NCBI GenBank assembly: GCA_002491905.1
Contig: DKWV01000044.1
Span: forward strand, 34,104-98,103
Length of the DNA stretch: 64,000 nt
DNA from: Lachnospiraceae bacterium UBA7143
GTDB taxonomy: Bacteria > Bacillota > Clostridia > Lachnospirales > Lachnospiraceae
Direction of reading: 5' to 3'
Part shown: piece by piece, positions 48,282 through 58,093 of the stretch
How the letters are laid out: each line of letters starts with the position of its first letter
How positions within the stretch are numbered: position 1 is the stretch's first letter
Notes under the pieces: generated by a model
Seen by the model: the letters and a program-made list of their open reading frames with translations, nothing else
What the model was told of the DNA's origin: nothing
Databases searched by the model: none
Translations under genes and position numbers: made by a program

Positions 48282-49124
48282 TTACCGAATCACAATTTTG
48301 CCTGTGCATTCCATAACAGGAGCTTCCCTAATAATTTCTCCCACACTGTCCACTGTGATGATGCCAGATTTCGGATTCTTAATGGAAATCACATGTCCCT
48401 TTACATCTGCCTCCACATCCGAATACTCGAAGGACAAATCCGTATCCTCCATAGTACAGTTAACCAGTTTCAGGTTTTTGCAATAGCAGAGGGGTTGTGT
48501 TCCGATAATTTTACAGTCAATCAGCGTCAGACCATCGGAAAACCATGCCAGATATTCCCCCTTCACCACAGAATTTCTGACCGTCACGTTCTCGCTGTGC
48601 CAGAAAGCATCCTTGGTATCCAGCACACAATCGGTAATTTCCAGATTTTTCATATATTGAAAAGAATACTTTCCCTCCATTTGCACCCGCTCCAGCTTCA
48701 CGTTCCTGCTGTCGAAGAATAAATACTCCGATTCAATATCCGAGTCCGTCAGTGCAATTTCCCCAGACTTCCATCCAAACTCCTGAGACACAATATGGCA
48801 GTTCTCAAGCCTGATCCGTTCACACTCCCTGAGAGCCTTAATGCCGCCCAGGGTTGAATTCCTGATCACGCCGTCCGCCGCATACCAGATCGCCGCCCTC
48901 GTCAGCTCATCCATTGTTGAATGTTCCATGACAAACTTTTTCACATGCCAGAGAGGATACCGCAGGGAAAAGCTGCAGTTTTTCAAGTTCACATCTCTGG
49001 ATTCCTTTAAAACCGACTCTCCGTCCGCGGGACCAGCAAAAATACAATCCATTATATCCGCGTTCTGCATATTATATAACGCCCGTTCTTCATCGAACTG
49101 CTGATTTTTAATCACTGTTCTCAT
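48282..49124 (-). CDS. DUF3737 family beta-helix protein
   Basis: ERALY, GESVLKES, RYPLWH, KDAFW, GEYLAW, QPLCY, DLSFEYS repeats. Confidence 0.85.
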   Translation of the reverse strand: MRTVIKNQQFDEERALYNMQNADIMDCIFAGPADGESVLKESRDVNLKNCSFSLRYPLWHVKKFVMEHSTMDELTRAAIWYAADGVIRNSTLGGIKALRECERIRLENCHIVSQEFGWKSGEIALTDSDIESEYLFFDSRNVKLERVQMEGKYSFQYMKNLEITDCVLDTKDAFWHSENVTVRNSVVKGEYLAWFSDGLTLIDCKIIGTQPLCYCKNLKLVNCTMEDTDLSFEYSDVEADVKGHVISIKNPKSGIITVDSVGEIIREAPVMECTGKIVIR

Positions 49125-49208
49125 CTGAAACCGCCCTTTCTCAATATTTTTTTATCACAAGCTCTTCGGTGAGCAAGCTCCCGCTCCGCTTATTCGCCTG
49201 TCTGCGCA

Positions 49209-50948
49209 CTACTCATTGCCTTCGCGAAGGTAGCTGGTTATGGCGTAGACGGTCTGCCCGTTGTAGGAGAGCCTCGACCAGCCATAGTCCTCATTGATGC
49301 CCGTTCTGGTGGCATACTCCCCGTTGTGCAGCACCGCCACCACCACGGCATCCGGATTGGTCACACTGGGAAGTGCCCGCAGATTGACCTCGATCTTTGC
49401 CGTCACCTGTTCATCACGCTCTGCAAATTTTGTCTTCAATCCGTCTCCGCTGCCCGCTCCCTCCTGCGTCTCCGTCTTCGGCGTCTGGTATCCCAGATCT
49501 GTGGTTAAGTAGCTGCTTACGGCATAGACCGTCTGATCGTTATAAGTAAGCCTCGACCAGCCGCTGTCACTCACACCTGTTCTTTTTACCGTCTCCCCGT
49601 TTTTCAGTGTGTACACCACCGTGCTGTCATCCCCCTGACTGGGAATATTGCGCAGATTAGTGGAATCCTTGGCCGTGACCTCCTCATCCACCTGGGTGAA
49701 GGGCATCAGCGCCTCCACATCCGCCTGTGCTTCCTCCGGCGCTTCCTCACTCTGCGCACCGGCTGTCCCCTCATAGCCAAAATAGGCGATGTTCACGTCC
49801 ACCGGCTGGCCGATCCCTGCGACCGTTCCCCGGTTGGAGTACTGCCACATGGCATGTACGCCGCCGTAGGAAGACTTTTCCGTCTGTGGATAAGGTGCCG
49901 ACGGATACTGGGAAACCCAGATCCGATAATTTTTTTCAATTCTTGAAGTTTCCCATTTCGCATCTCCCGTCATCTCATTCATGGAAGAATAGAACATGGG
50001 CGTATAGCCCCTCTCATAAATTCTATTCAGGAAAGCAACGGCTATGTCAGTCCTCTGCGCCGCCGACAGACCATACTGTGCGCTCCCTTCCCGCTCAAAT
50101 CCTTCACAGTCAAAGGCCACAGGATATGTTATCTGATACTGCGAAATATAGTCGGCCGTCCAATCCGCTTCCTCTTTCGCTTCCTCCTCACTTACCGCGG
50201 TGGAGAAAAAATATGCTCCCAGCTTAACGCCGTTTTTCTGCGCCTCCTGCATATTGTACCGGGCATTGCTGTCAGCGACAATCTCCCGGCTTTCGTCCAT
50301 GCGGTAGCCCACCCGCACCATGACAAAGTCAACGCCGGAAGCCGCCACCTGCGCCCAATCTATGGTTCCCTGATATCTTGCCACATCAATTCCGAAAGTA
50401 ATTTCGTCCGTCTCTGCCGCCGCACTGGAAGAAAGGAGTTTGCTCACATCCACCTCCGTGCCCTGCTCGGTACTCATGGTTGCCGTTTCCGGGTCATCAT
50501 CCTCCTGCACCTGCTGATCTCTCTCCCCGATTTTCTCTCCGTCCGTAGAATCTATTGCTTCCTCGGACTGCGGCACAAAATCCTGCGCCTCTTCCGGCTC
50601 AGATTCCGGCTCTTCCTCCTGTATCTCCTCGATATCGGCAGCTGCAGGGAACGCTTTTCCCTCCGCGCTTTTGTTCCCTTTCACCAGAAAAAACACGACT
50701 GCCGCAACGATCACAGCCACAAGACCAATGACGCAAGGAAACAGGACTCTGTGCACAAACCGATTTGTTCTCTCATCCAGCTCGTCCTCAAAAACTTCGT
50801 CATTGTCATAGGCGTCCTCCTCCGGCAGATCGTACTCCCCGTCATCCAGATCCAGGAACTCCAAATCGTCATCCTTATGCGATTTCACAGCACACCTCTC
50901 CTGTATTTTCGTGAATTTTTCTGTTTCTTCCCCTTTGTTTAATATCAT
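49209..50948 (-). CDS. Membrane-anchored GH25 muramidase with two SH3b domains
   Basis: GIDVARYQG, FDCE, WQYS..G.V.G..VD; two NLR..PS...GWSR repeats; start uncertain. Confidence 0.88.
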   Translation of the reverse strand: MILNKGEETEKFTKIQERCAVKSHKDDDLEFLDLDDGEYDLPEEDAYDNDEVFEDELDERTNRFVHRVLFPCVIGLVAVIVAAVVFFLVKGNKSAEGKAFPAAADIEEIQEEEPESEPEEAQDFVPQSEEAIDSTDGEKIGERDQQVQEDDDPETATMSTEQGTEVDVSKLLSSSAAAETDEITFGIDVARYQGTIDWAQVAASGVDFVMVRVGYRMDESREIVADSNARYNMQEAQKNGVKLGAYFFSTAVSEEEAKEEADWTADYISQYQITYPVAFDCEGFEREGSAQYGLSAAQRTDIAVAFLNRIYERGYTPMFYSSMNEMTGDAKWETSRIEKNYRIWVSQYPSAPYPQTEKSSYGGVHAMWQYSNRGTVAGIGQPVDVNIAYFGYEGTAGAQSEEAPEEAQADVEALMPFTQVDEEVTAKDSTNLRNIPSQGDDSTVVYTLKNGETVKRTGVSDSGWSRLTYNDQTVYAVSSYLTTDLGYQTPKTETQEGAGSGDGLKTKFAERDEQVTAKIEVNLRALPSVTNPDAVVVAVLHNGEYATRTGINEDYGWSRLSYNGQTVYAITSYLREGNE

Positions 50949-50963
50949 ATCGGTTGCTATTTA

Positions 50964-51947
50964 TTAGAAACTTTCCAAAAGTTCCAGATAAAATTCGTAA
51001 TAATCCTTCCGGTTCTCCTTCATAAACTGGATCGCCGACTTCGGATGCTGGTTAAGAAGGCCGGTCAGAAGGTAAGGCACATCATATCCCCATGTCACGC
51101 CAGATTCCTTCAGCGGATTAATCTCCCTCTCGATAAAACGCAGAATCGGATTGACATTATATTTCGGGTTCTTTAAGAAACCCAGAAGCAGCTCACTGGG
51201 ACAGTTTCCGCATCCCCTTCCCATGCCGTTCACCGTAGCGTCCAGATAGCTTACGCCCATGATGACCACCTCTGTGGTATTGGCAAAGGCAAGCTGTTGG
51301 TTGTTATGCGCATGGATTCCGACTTTTTTCCCGTACTTGGCCGCCACCTCCAGATATTTGTCCGCAAGACGCCTTGCCTGCTCCGGATACAGGGAACCGT
51401 AACTGTCCACCAGGTAAATTGTCCCCACACTGCTTGCCCCAAGCAGATCAAGCGCCGCGTCAAGGTCTGTCTCATTAGCCTTTGAGATCGCCATAATATT
51501 GACGGTAGTCTCATAGCCCTTCTTCGTGCAGTCCTCTATCATTTCAATAGCAGCCGGTATTGTATTGATATAAGTCGCGACACGCACCAGGTCAATCGGA
51601 CTGTCTTTCTTATTCAGGATATCTTTTCTGAAATCGCAGCGCCCTACATCCGCCATCACAGCAATCTTCATATCCGTCTTGTTATCGCCCACAACGGCAC
51701 GGATATCTTTGTCATCACAGAATTTCCACTTGCCGAATTTATTCACGTCAAACATCTCTTTTGACGCCTTGTAGCCGAACTCCATATAGTCTACGCCGGC
51801 CTTGATATTGGCGCGGTACAGTCCCTTTACAAACTCGTCCGTAAAGTAGAAATCGTTTACCAGTCCACCGTCCCGCAGCGTACAGTCCACCACCTTAATA
51901 TCAGGCGCGTAGGACATCAGTGTTCTGCCTTTTGCCCTTTTTTCCAT
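50964..51947 (-). CDS. DRE-TIM metallolyase (HMGL-like / 4-hydroxy-2-oxovalerate aldolase-like)
   Basis: DCTLRDG, VDSYGS, HAHNN, GMGRGCGN motifs. Confidence 0.8.
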   Translation of the reverse strand: MEKRAKGRTLMSYAPDIKVVDCTLRDGGLVNDFYFTDEFVKGLYRANIKAGVDYMEFGYKASKEMFDVNKFGKWKFCDDKDIRAVVGDNKTDMKIAVMADVGRCDFRKDILNKKDSPIDLVRVATYINTIPAAIEMIEDCTKKGYETTVNIMAISKANETDLDAALDLLGASSVGTIYLVDSYGSLYPEQARRLADKYLEVAAKYGKKVGIHAHNNQQLAFANTTEVVIMGVSYLDATVNGMGRGCGNCPSELLLGFLKNPKYNVNPILRFIEREINPLKESGVTWGYDVPYLLTGLLNQHPKSAIQFMKENRKDYYEFYLELLESF

Positions 51948-52013
51948 CTCTCGTTCACCCTTTCTTTCACAAAACGCTATAATTATAACACGTGCTATTT
52001 TAAAATTCCTGTT

Positions 52014-53240
52014 CTACTCTACCAGAATCTTCTTGAAGCTCTTCTTTCCCTTCTTCACGATAAACTCTTCCGCCGCAATATCCTCCCTGGTATAAGTAGT
52101 CTTGATATCGCCCACCTTCTCGCCCTTTACCGAGACACCGCCCTGTTCCACAGCTCTGCGTGCCTCCGAGCGGGACGACGCCAGACCTGCCGCCACGATC
52201 ACGCCCAGAATATCGATCACACCCTCCTTGAAATCCGCCTCTGAAAGCGTCGCCGCAGGCATATTCTCTGAACTGCCACCGCCTGCAAAGAGCGCCTTTG
52301 ATGCCTCCTTCGCCTTCCCGGCTTCCTCCTCGCCGTGTACCAGATTAGTCAGTTCATAGGCAAGAATCTCCTTCGCCTCGTTCAACTGGCTGCCCTCCCA
52401 GTGATCCATCTCCTCGATCTGCGAAAGCGGCAGGAAAGTGAGCATCCGCAGACATTTGAGCACATCCGCGTCATCCACATTGCGCCAGTACTGGTAGAAC
52501 TCAAATGGTGTGGTCTTATTAGGGTCAAGCCAGACCGCACCCTTCTGGGTCTTGCCCATCTTCTTGCCCTCAGAGTTCATAAGAAGGGTGATGGTCATGG
52601 CGTACGCATCCTTCGAAAGTTTTCTGCGGATCAGATCCGTGCCGCCCAGCATATTGCTCCACTGGTCGTCCCCGCCAAACTGCATGTTACAGCCGTACCT
52701 CTTATAAAGCTCCAGGAAATCATAGCTCTGCATAATCATGTAATTGAACTCAAGGAAGCTTAACCCCTTCTCCATCCGCTGCTTGTAGCACTCCGCCCGC
52801 AGCATGTTGTTTACGGAAAAGCAGGCTCCCACATCCCTGATAAACTCCACGTAATTTAAATCGAGCAGCCAGTCCGCATTGTTCACCATCAGAGCCTTCC
52901 CTTCAGAAAAGTCGATAAAGCGGCTCATCTGCTTCTTGAAACACTCGCAGTTGTGCTCGATGGTCTCCTTCGTCATCATGGAGCGCATGTCCGTCCGGCC
53001 GGAAGGATCGCCGATCATAGCCGTCCCGCCGCCGATCAGGGCGATAGGCTTGTTACCCGCCTCCTGCAGCCGCTTCATCAGGCATAATGCCATGAAATGC
53101 CCTACATGCAGGCTGTCAGCCGTGGGATCAAAGCCGATATAAAAGGTCGCCTTCCCATTGTTGATCAGGTCGCGGATTTCCTCCGCGTTTGTGAGCTGTG
53201 CGAGAAGTCCTCTCGCCTGTAATTCTTCGTAAATTCCCAT
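52014..53240 (-). CDS. tyrS: Tyrosine--tRNA ligase
   Basis: [29 protein letters not shown]-terminal S4 domain. Confidence 0.97.
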   Translation of the reverse strand: MGIYEELQARGLLAQLTNAEEIRDLINNGKATFYIGFDPTADSLHVGHFMALCLMKRLQEAGNKPIALIGGGTAMIGDPSGRTDMRSMMTKETIEHNCECFKKQMSRFIDFSEGKALMVNNADWLLDLNYVEFIRDVGACFSVNNMLRAECYKQRMEKGLSFLEFNYMIMQSYDFLELYKRYGCNMQFGGDDQWSNMLGGTDLIRRKLSKDAYAMTITLLMNSEGKKMGKTQKGAVWLDPNKTTPFEFYQYWRNVDDADVLKCLRMLTFLPLSQIEEMDHWEGSQLNEAKEILAYELTNLVHGEEEAGKAKEASKALFAGGGSSENMPAATLSEADFKEGVIDILGVIVAAGLASSRSEARRAVEQGGVSVKGEKVGDIKTTYTREDIAAEEFIVKKGKKSFKKILVE

Positions 53241-53376
53241 TGTGATTGTCTCCCTTCCTGACATATTTGATCTGGATGTCCCTTTACAATCGAGTAGGAT
53301 GCTTTTCCCCCTACTCGCGCGCCGGGCACCCGTCAGCGAACGCTGACATTTTTCCTCTGGGTGCCCGTGTGCATAA

Positions 53377-53672
53377 AAGGAACCCCCGTCCTGCTATCAG
53401 GACGAGGGCTAAACTCGTGTTACCACCTAATTTCACAGACGGCTCACACCGGCTGCCTCACCGAGTACGATCACAGAATAACATATGCTATTCCTACCTG
53501 ATGATACTCTCCTGCTGTAACGTGCATTCCCCCGTCATGGCCTACTAAGCTGTATCTGCCATTCTGCCATGAAGCTCCGAGATGTATTCATGAAAAAGTT
53601 CCCGCGCGCCTCTCATCCACCGGCTGCTTTCTGTCCGTTCCCTGATCCACTACTTGTTCTCTTCAACGCCTG
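53377..53672 (-). promoter_or_regulatory. T-box riboswitch (Tyr specifier)
   Basis: T-box AATTAGGTGGTAACACG (~53414-53432), terminator CTCGTCCTG/CAGGACGGG, AGTA motif, specifier GAA-TAC-A with TAC at 53584-53586. Confidence 0.92.
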
Positions 53673-53705
53673 TCATATTGTGATATCTAATCTTTACTGC
53701 CTTAT

Positions 53706-53734
53706 AATTTAAAGGAAAATAATTTGTTTGTCAA
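53706..53734 (-). promoter_or_regulatory. Sigma-A promoter of tyrS
   Basis: TTGACA-N17-TAAATT upstream of the T-box. Confidence 0.6.
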
Positions 53735-53774
53735 CTCTTTTTTAGGCATTTTTTAGACCGCGCACCTTTTATCC

Positions 53775-54206
53775 CTAATGGAGACCCAGATCCTCCCCGA
53801 CAATCGTGCCGATCCCATTCTGATCCAGAACATTGGTCAGACTCTCCGCATCAGCCACGCGGAAAATCATGCAGGCCTGCCCGTCTTTCTGCCCGAATAC
53901 GGAATACATATACTCTACATCTATCCCGGCTTCGGAGATCACGCCGAGCACTTTGCTTAGGCCTCCGGGCGTATCGGGAACCGCCACGCCCACCACCGGC
54001 GTCATGGTCAGGATAAAGCCCTGCTCCAGCAGAATAGCGGAAGCTCTCTGCGCGTCGTCCACAATCAGCCGCAGCACACCGTAATCCGCTGTCTCAGCAA
54101 TATTGATCGCCCGCATATTCACCTGATTCTCCGAAAGAATCCTTGTGATATCCGCAAGCTGTCCCGCTTTATTTTCCAGAAATACAGAAATCTGAGGTAT
54201 TGTCAT
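53775..54206 (-). CDS. Tandem ACT-domain protein
   Basis: QISVFLENKAGQL, AETADYGVLR, DTPGGL, IDVEYMY. Confidence 0.88.
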   Translation of the reverse strand: MTIPQISVFLENKAGQLADITRILSENQVNMRAINIAETADYGVLRLIVDDAQRASAILLEQGFILTMTPVVGVAVPDTPGGLSKVLGVISEAGIDVEYMYSVFGQKDGQACMIFRVADAESLTNVLDQNGIGTIVGEDLGLH

Positions 54207-54263
54207 AGTTTATCTCCTCTCTGACCTTTCGGTCATTGCTTCCTACCATCACCGAAGCAAATC

Positions 54264-55562
54264 TTAGATTTTCCGCTTATCAATGACGCGCACAGCCTTG
54301 CCCTCGCTTCTTGTGATAGACTTGGGCGCCACAAGACGTACCTTTGCATAGATGCCCAGCATCGCCTTCAGGGCGGATACCAACCCCTTCTCCATCTCCG
54401 TAATCTTACCAAGATTATCGGAGAAGTTCTCGGGTGTCATCTCCACCATCACCTCAATCGTATCGGAGTTGTTCACACGATCCACAATAATCTGATAGTT
54501 GGCGGGATAACCCTGCTCCAGAAGCACCGTCTCAATCTGGGACGGGAAGACATTGACGCCTTTCACAATCAGCATATCGTCGCTTCTGCCCATCGGCTTG
54601 CTCATCTTCACATGGGTACGGCCACAGGAGCATTTCTTTCTGGTGAGCACACAGATGTCCCTGGTGCGGTAACGAAGCAGCGGAAACGCCTCTTTAGTGA
54701 TCGCCGTAAATACCAGCTCGCCTTTGCTGCCCTCGGGGAGTACCTCCCCCGTATCCGGGTCAATGATCTCCGCGATAAAGTGATCCTCATTGATATGCAT
54801 ACCGGTCTGCTCGCTGCACTCAAAAGCTACACCAGGACCGCTGGTCTCCGTCAGACCGTAAATATCGTATGCCTTAATACCCAGCTTATCCTGAATATCC
54901 TGACGCATCTCCTCACTCCACGCCTCTGCGCCAAAAATACCCGCTTTTAACTTAATCTTATCCCGCAGTCCCCTCTCATGGATGCTCTCAGCGAGAAACG
55001 CCGCGTAGGAGGGCGTACAGCAGAGGATCGTCGCCTCCAGGTCCACCATAAACTGTAACTGACGATCCGTATTGCCGGAAGACATGGGAAGCGTCAGGCA
55101 TCCTACCTTATGGCTGCCGCCGTTTAAGCCCGGACCGCCTGTAAAAAGACCGTAACCATAGCAGACGTGGCAGACATCCTCGTCGGTGCCGCCTGCCGCC
55201 ACAATGGCGCGGGCACAGCAGTCCTCCCACAGATCCAGATCATGCTGGGTGTAAAACGCAACCACCCTTCGGCCTGTAGTGCCGGATGTGGACTGGATGC
55301 GCACGCAATTCTTGAGAGGCGTCGCCAGCAGACCGTAAGGATAAGCCTCCCGCAGATCGTCCTTTGACAGAAAGGGCAGCTTATGTAGATCCTCCACGCT
55401 CTGAATATCCTCCGGCGTAACCCCTTTCTCCTCCATCTTTTTACGGTAGTAGGGCACATTGTCCCACGCATGGCGCACCTGCTTCACGAGCCGTTCATTC
55501 TGCCAGGCGAGAATCTGCTCCCTGTCCGCAGTCTCAATCTCTTTCTGATAGTACCGTTCCAT
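54264..55562 (-). CDS. paaK: Phenylacetate--CoA ligase
   Basis: STSGTTG, YGYGLFTGG, YGLTE..GPG, RYRTRD, GRSDDML. Confidence 0.92.
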   Translation of the reverse strand: MERYYQKEIETADREQILAWQNERLVKQVRHAWDNVPYYRKKMEEKGVTPEDIQSVEDLHKLPFLSKDDLREAYPYGLLATPLKNCVRIQSTSGTTGRRVVAFYTQHDLDLWEDCCARAIVAAGGTDEDVCHVCYGYGLFTGGPGLNGGSHKVGCLTLPMSSGNTDRQLQFMVDLEATILCCTPSYAAFLAESIHERGLRDKIKLKAGIFGAEAWSEEMRQDIQDKLGIKAYDIYGLTETSGPGVAFECSEQTGMHINEDHFIAEIIDPDTGEVLPEGSKGELVFTAITKEAFPLLRYRTRDICVLTRKKCSCGRTHVKMSKPMGRSDDMLIVKGVNVFPSQIETVLLEQGYPANYQIIVDRVNNSDTIEVMVEMTPENFSDNLGKITEMEKGLVSALKAMLGIYAKVRLVAPKSITRSEGKAVRVIDKRKI

Positions 55563-55629
55563 ACCTTCCTCCTTTTTAAACGCATGACATTTAATAATCC
55601 CGCCTTACGAAAGCGGACGCATGCCCGCC

Positions 55630-56202
55630 TCAGGCGCTTTTCCCCGCTTCAAACGCCTTCTTATTCATCTCCAGGAACTTCGGCGGCACACTCTGCTCAA
55701 TGGCATCCATCCACTCCTCATCCGTAAAGTCAAAATGTTTGGCAAGTCTTCCCATCAGCACCAGATTCACCGCCTTGCTGCTTCCCGCTTCCTCCGCCAG
55801 AGAAAGCGCGTCAAAAGCATCCACGTTGGCATTTAAAGCCGAAAGCTTCTCCACCAGCTTCTCCGGGTATACCGCCGCGCCCGCAATCACCGGCATAGGA
55901 TTGATCTGCTGGCTGTTCACAATAATCCTGCCGCCTGGCTTTAAATATTCTGTATAACGGGCCGCCTCCAACAGTTCAAACGAGAGAATGCAGTCCGCCT
56001 GCCCCTTATCTATAATAGGTGAGCAGACTCTGTCGCCCCAGCGCACATAAGTGACGACGCTGCCGCCGCGCTGGCTCATGCCGTGCACTTCGCTCACCTT
56101 CACGTCAAAGCCTTTTGTGAGAAGCAGACGTCCCAGAAGTTTGCTGGCAAGCAGCGTGCCCTGGCCACCCACTCCCACAATCATAATATTTTTTGTCTCC
56201 AT
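55630..56202 (-). CDS. iorB: Indolepyruvate:ferredoxin oxidoreductase beta subunit
   Basis: GVGGQG, SEVHGMSQRGGSV; RBS GGAG before METKN. Confidence 0.9.
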   Translation of the reverse strand: METKNIMIVGVGGQGTLLASKLLGRLLLTKGFDVKVSEVHGMSQRGGSVVTYVRWGDRVCSPIIDKGQADCILSFELLEAARYTEYLKPGGRIIVNSQQINPMPVIAGAAVYPEKLVEKLSALNANVDAFDALSLAEEAGSSKAVNLVLMGRLAKHFDFTDEEWMDAIEQSVPPKFLEMNKKAFEAGKSA

Positions 56203-56319
56203 ATTGATCTCCATTCCGACCTGGCTTTCCTGTCCTGTTATGGTCATTTTACTTTGCAATTTCTTCTGTGTCTTGCAAAATATCGTCATTCCGTCCGCTT
56301 TGCGGACTCGATTGATACG

Positions 56320-58056
56320 TTATTTTCCAGCACCCAGTGCGCCAAACTTACAGAGCTGCTCGCAGACCCCGCAGCCCACGCAGAGCGTCTCATCAATAAC
56401 AGCCTTGCCGTCCACCATGCTGATCGCAGGGCAGCCGATGTTCATGCACGCCTTACAGCCCTTGCATTTCTCAGGATCGGAACAGATCGGCCCCGGATGT
56501 TTGACATATTTAAGCAGCGCGCAGGGACGGCGGGAAATGATAACCGACGGCTCCTTCGCCGCAAGTTCCTCTTTGATCACCGTCTGACAGGTTTCCATAT
56601 CATAAGGGTCGACCACCTTCACCCGTTTGATGCCAACCGCATGGCACAGGCTCTCCAGATCAATCTTCGTGCAGGGATCGCCTTTCAGGTTATAGCCGGT
56701 CGTCGGATTCTGCTGGTGGCCTGTCATACCCGTAATGGAATTGTCCAGTATAATCACCGTAGAATTGGATTCATTATAGGCGATATTGATCAGGCCCGTA
56801 ACGCCGGAATGGATAAAGGTGGAATCGCCGATCACTGCAACCGTCTTTCCCGCGCACTCCTCGTCTCCCGCCTTCACGAAGCCGTGAAGCCCTGAGACGG
56901 ACGCGCCCATACAGATGGTGGTGTCAATCGCATTCAGCGGCGCGACCGCCCCCAATGTATAACACCCGATATCTCCGAGTACAGTCAAATTTAATTTTTT
57001 CAATACATAGAAGAGGCTCCTGTGAGGGCAGCCCGCACACATCACGGGCGGTCTTGCCGGAATCTCCTCCGAAAGGGTCTCTCCCGTCTGCACCGCCTGA
57101 CCAAGTTTCTCCTTAACCACATCCTGGCTGAGCTCCCCAATCTCGGTAAACAGCTCTTTCCCGGATACGGAAAGCCCCAAATTCCTGCAATGCGTTTCGA
57201 TAAAGCCATCCAGTTCCTCCACCACCACCAGTTTATCAACCGTGGCCGCAAAGTCCTTTATCTTCTGCTTGGGCATAGGCCAGATCATACCAAGCTTTAA
57301 TACAGGGTATGTATCACCGAAAGCCTCTTTCACATACTGGTAGCAGGTGGAGGAGGTGATGATGCCCAAAGACTTCTCCTGTCCCGGCTCAATCCGGTTG
57401 ATTTCCGCCGTCTCCGCCCATGCTGTCAGAGCCTTCGTGCGCTCCTCCACCACCGGGTGACGACGTTTTGCATTGACCGGCATCATAATATATTTCGCAG
57501 GATCCTTCTCATACTTCTTCTGCTCCGGCACTACCCGCTCCCCCGTCTCCACAACGCTCTGGGAATGGCTGACGCGGGTGCACATCTTCATAAGAACCGC
57601 CGTGTCAAACTGTTCGGAAAGCTCATAGGCGAGTTTCGCAAAGGCAAGCGCCTCCGCGGAATCGGAGGGCTCCAACATGGGAATTTTCGCCGCACGCGCA
57701 TAATGGCGGGAATCCTGCTCATTCTGGGAACTGTGCATCCCGGCGTCATCCGCCACGCCGATAATTAATCCCGCGTTCACACCGGTATAAGAAATCGTAA
57801 ACAATGGATCCGCCGCCACGTTTAAGCCCACATGCTTCATGGCACAAAAACTCCGTTTTCCACGCACGGAAGCGCCGAACGCCGCCTCGAGAGCCACCTT
57901 CTCATTGGGCGCCCACTCCGCGTAAACCTCATCATATTTCGCCACGCACTCGGTGATCTCCGTGCTGGGCGTTCCCGGATAGCTGGACACAAAGCTGCAT
58001 CCCGCCTCATAAAGTCCCCTGGCAACCGCCTCATTGCCAAGCATCAATGTCTTCAT
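56320..58056 (-). CDS. iorA: Indolepyruvate:ferredoxin oxidoreductase alpha subunit
   Basis: GNEAVARG, YPGTPSTE, KHVGLNVAADP, CAGCPHR, GDSTF, C-terminal 2x[4Fe-4S] Cys motifs. Confidence 0.93.
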   Translation of the reverse strand: MKTLMLGNEAVARGLYEAGCSFVSSYPGTPSTEITECVAKYDEVYAEWAPNEKVALEAAFGASVRGKRSFCAMKHVGLNVAADPLFTISYTGVNAGLIIGVADDAGMHSSQNEQDSRHYARAAKIPMLEPSDSAEALAFAKLAYELSEQFDTAVLMKMCTRVSHSQSVVETGERVVPEQKKYEKDPAKYIMMPVNAKRRHPVVEERTKALTAWAETAEINRIEPGQEKSLGIITSSTCYQYVKEAFGDTYPVLKLGMIWPMPKQKIKDFAATVDKLVVVEELDGFIETHCRNLGLSVSGKELFTEIGELSQDVVKEKLGQAVQTGETLSEEIPARPPVMCAGCPHRSLFYVLKKLNLTVLGDIGCYTLGAVAPLNAIDTTICMGASVSGLHGFVKAGDEECAGKTVAVIGDSTFIHSGVTGLINIAYNESNSTVIILDNSITGMTGHQQNPTTGYNLKGDPCTKIDLESLCHAVGIKRVKVVDPYDMETCQTVIKEELAAKEPSVIISRRPCALLKYVKHPGPICSDPEKCKGCKACMNIGCPAISMVDGKAVIDETLCVGCGVCEQLCKFGALGAGK

Positions 58057-58093
58057 ACAGTACATATTCCTTTCTTTAGAAGTTCTTTTCGCG

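Noticed and set aside
49209-50948. Phage endolysin
   Set aside because: It has an N-terminal TM anchor and acidic linker, with no holin or phage genes.
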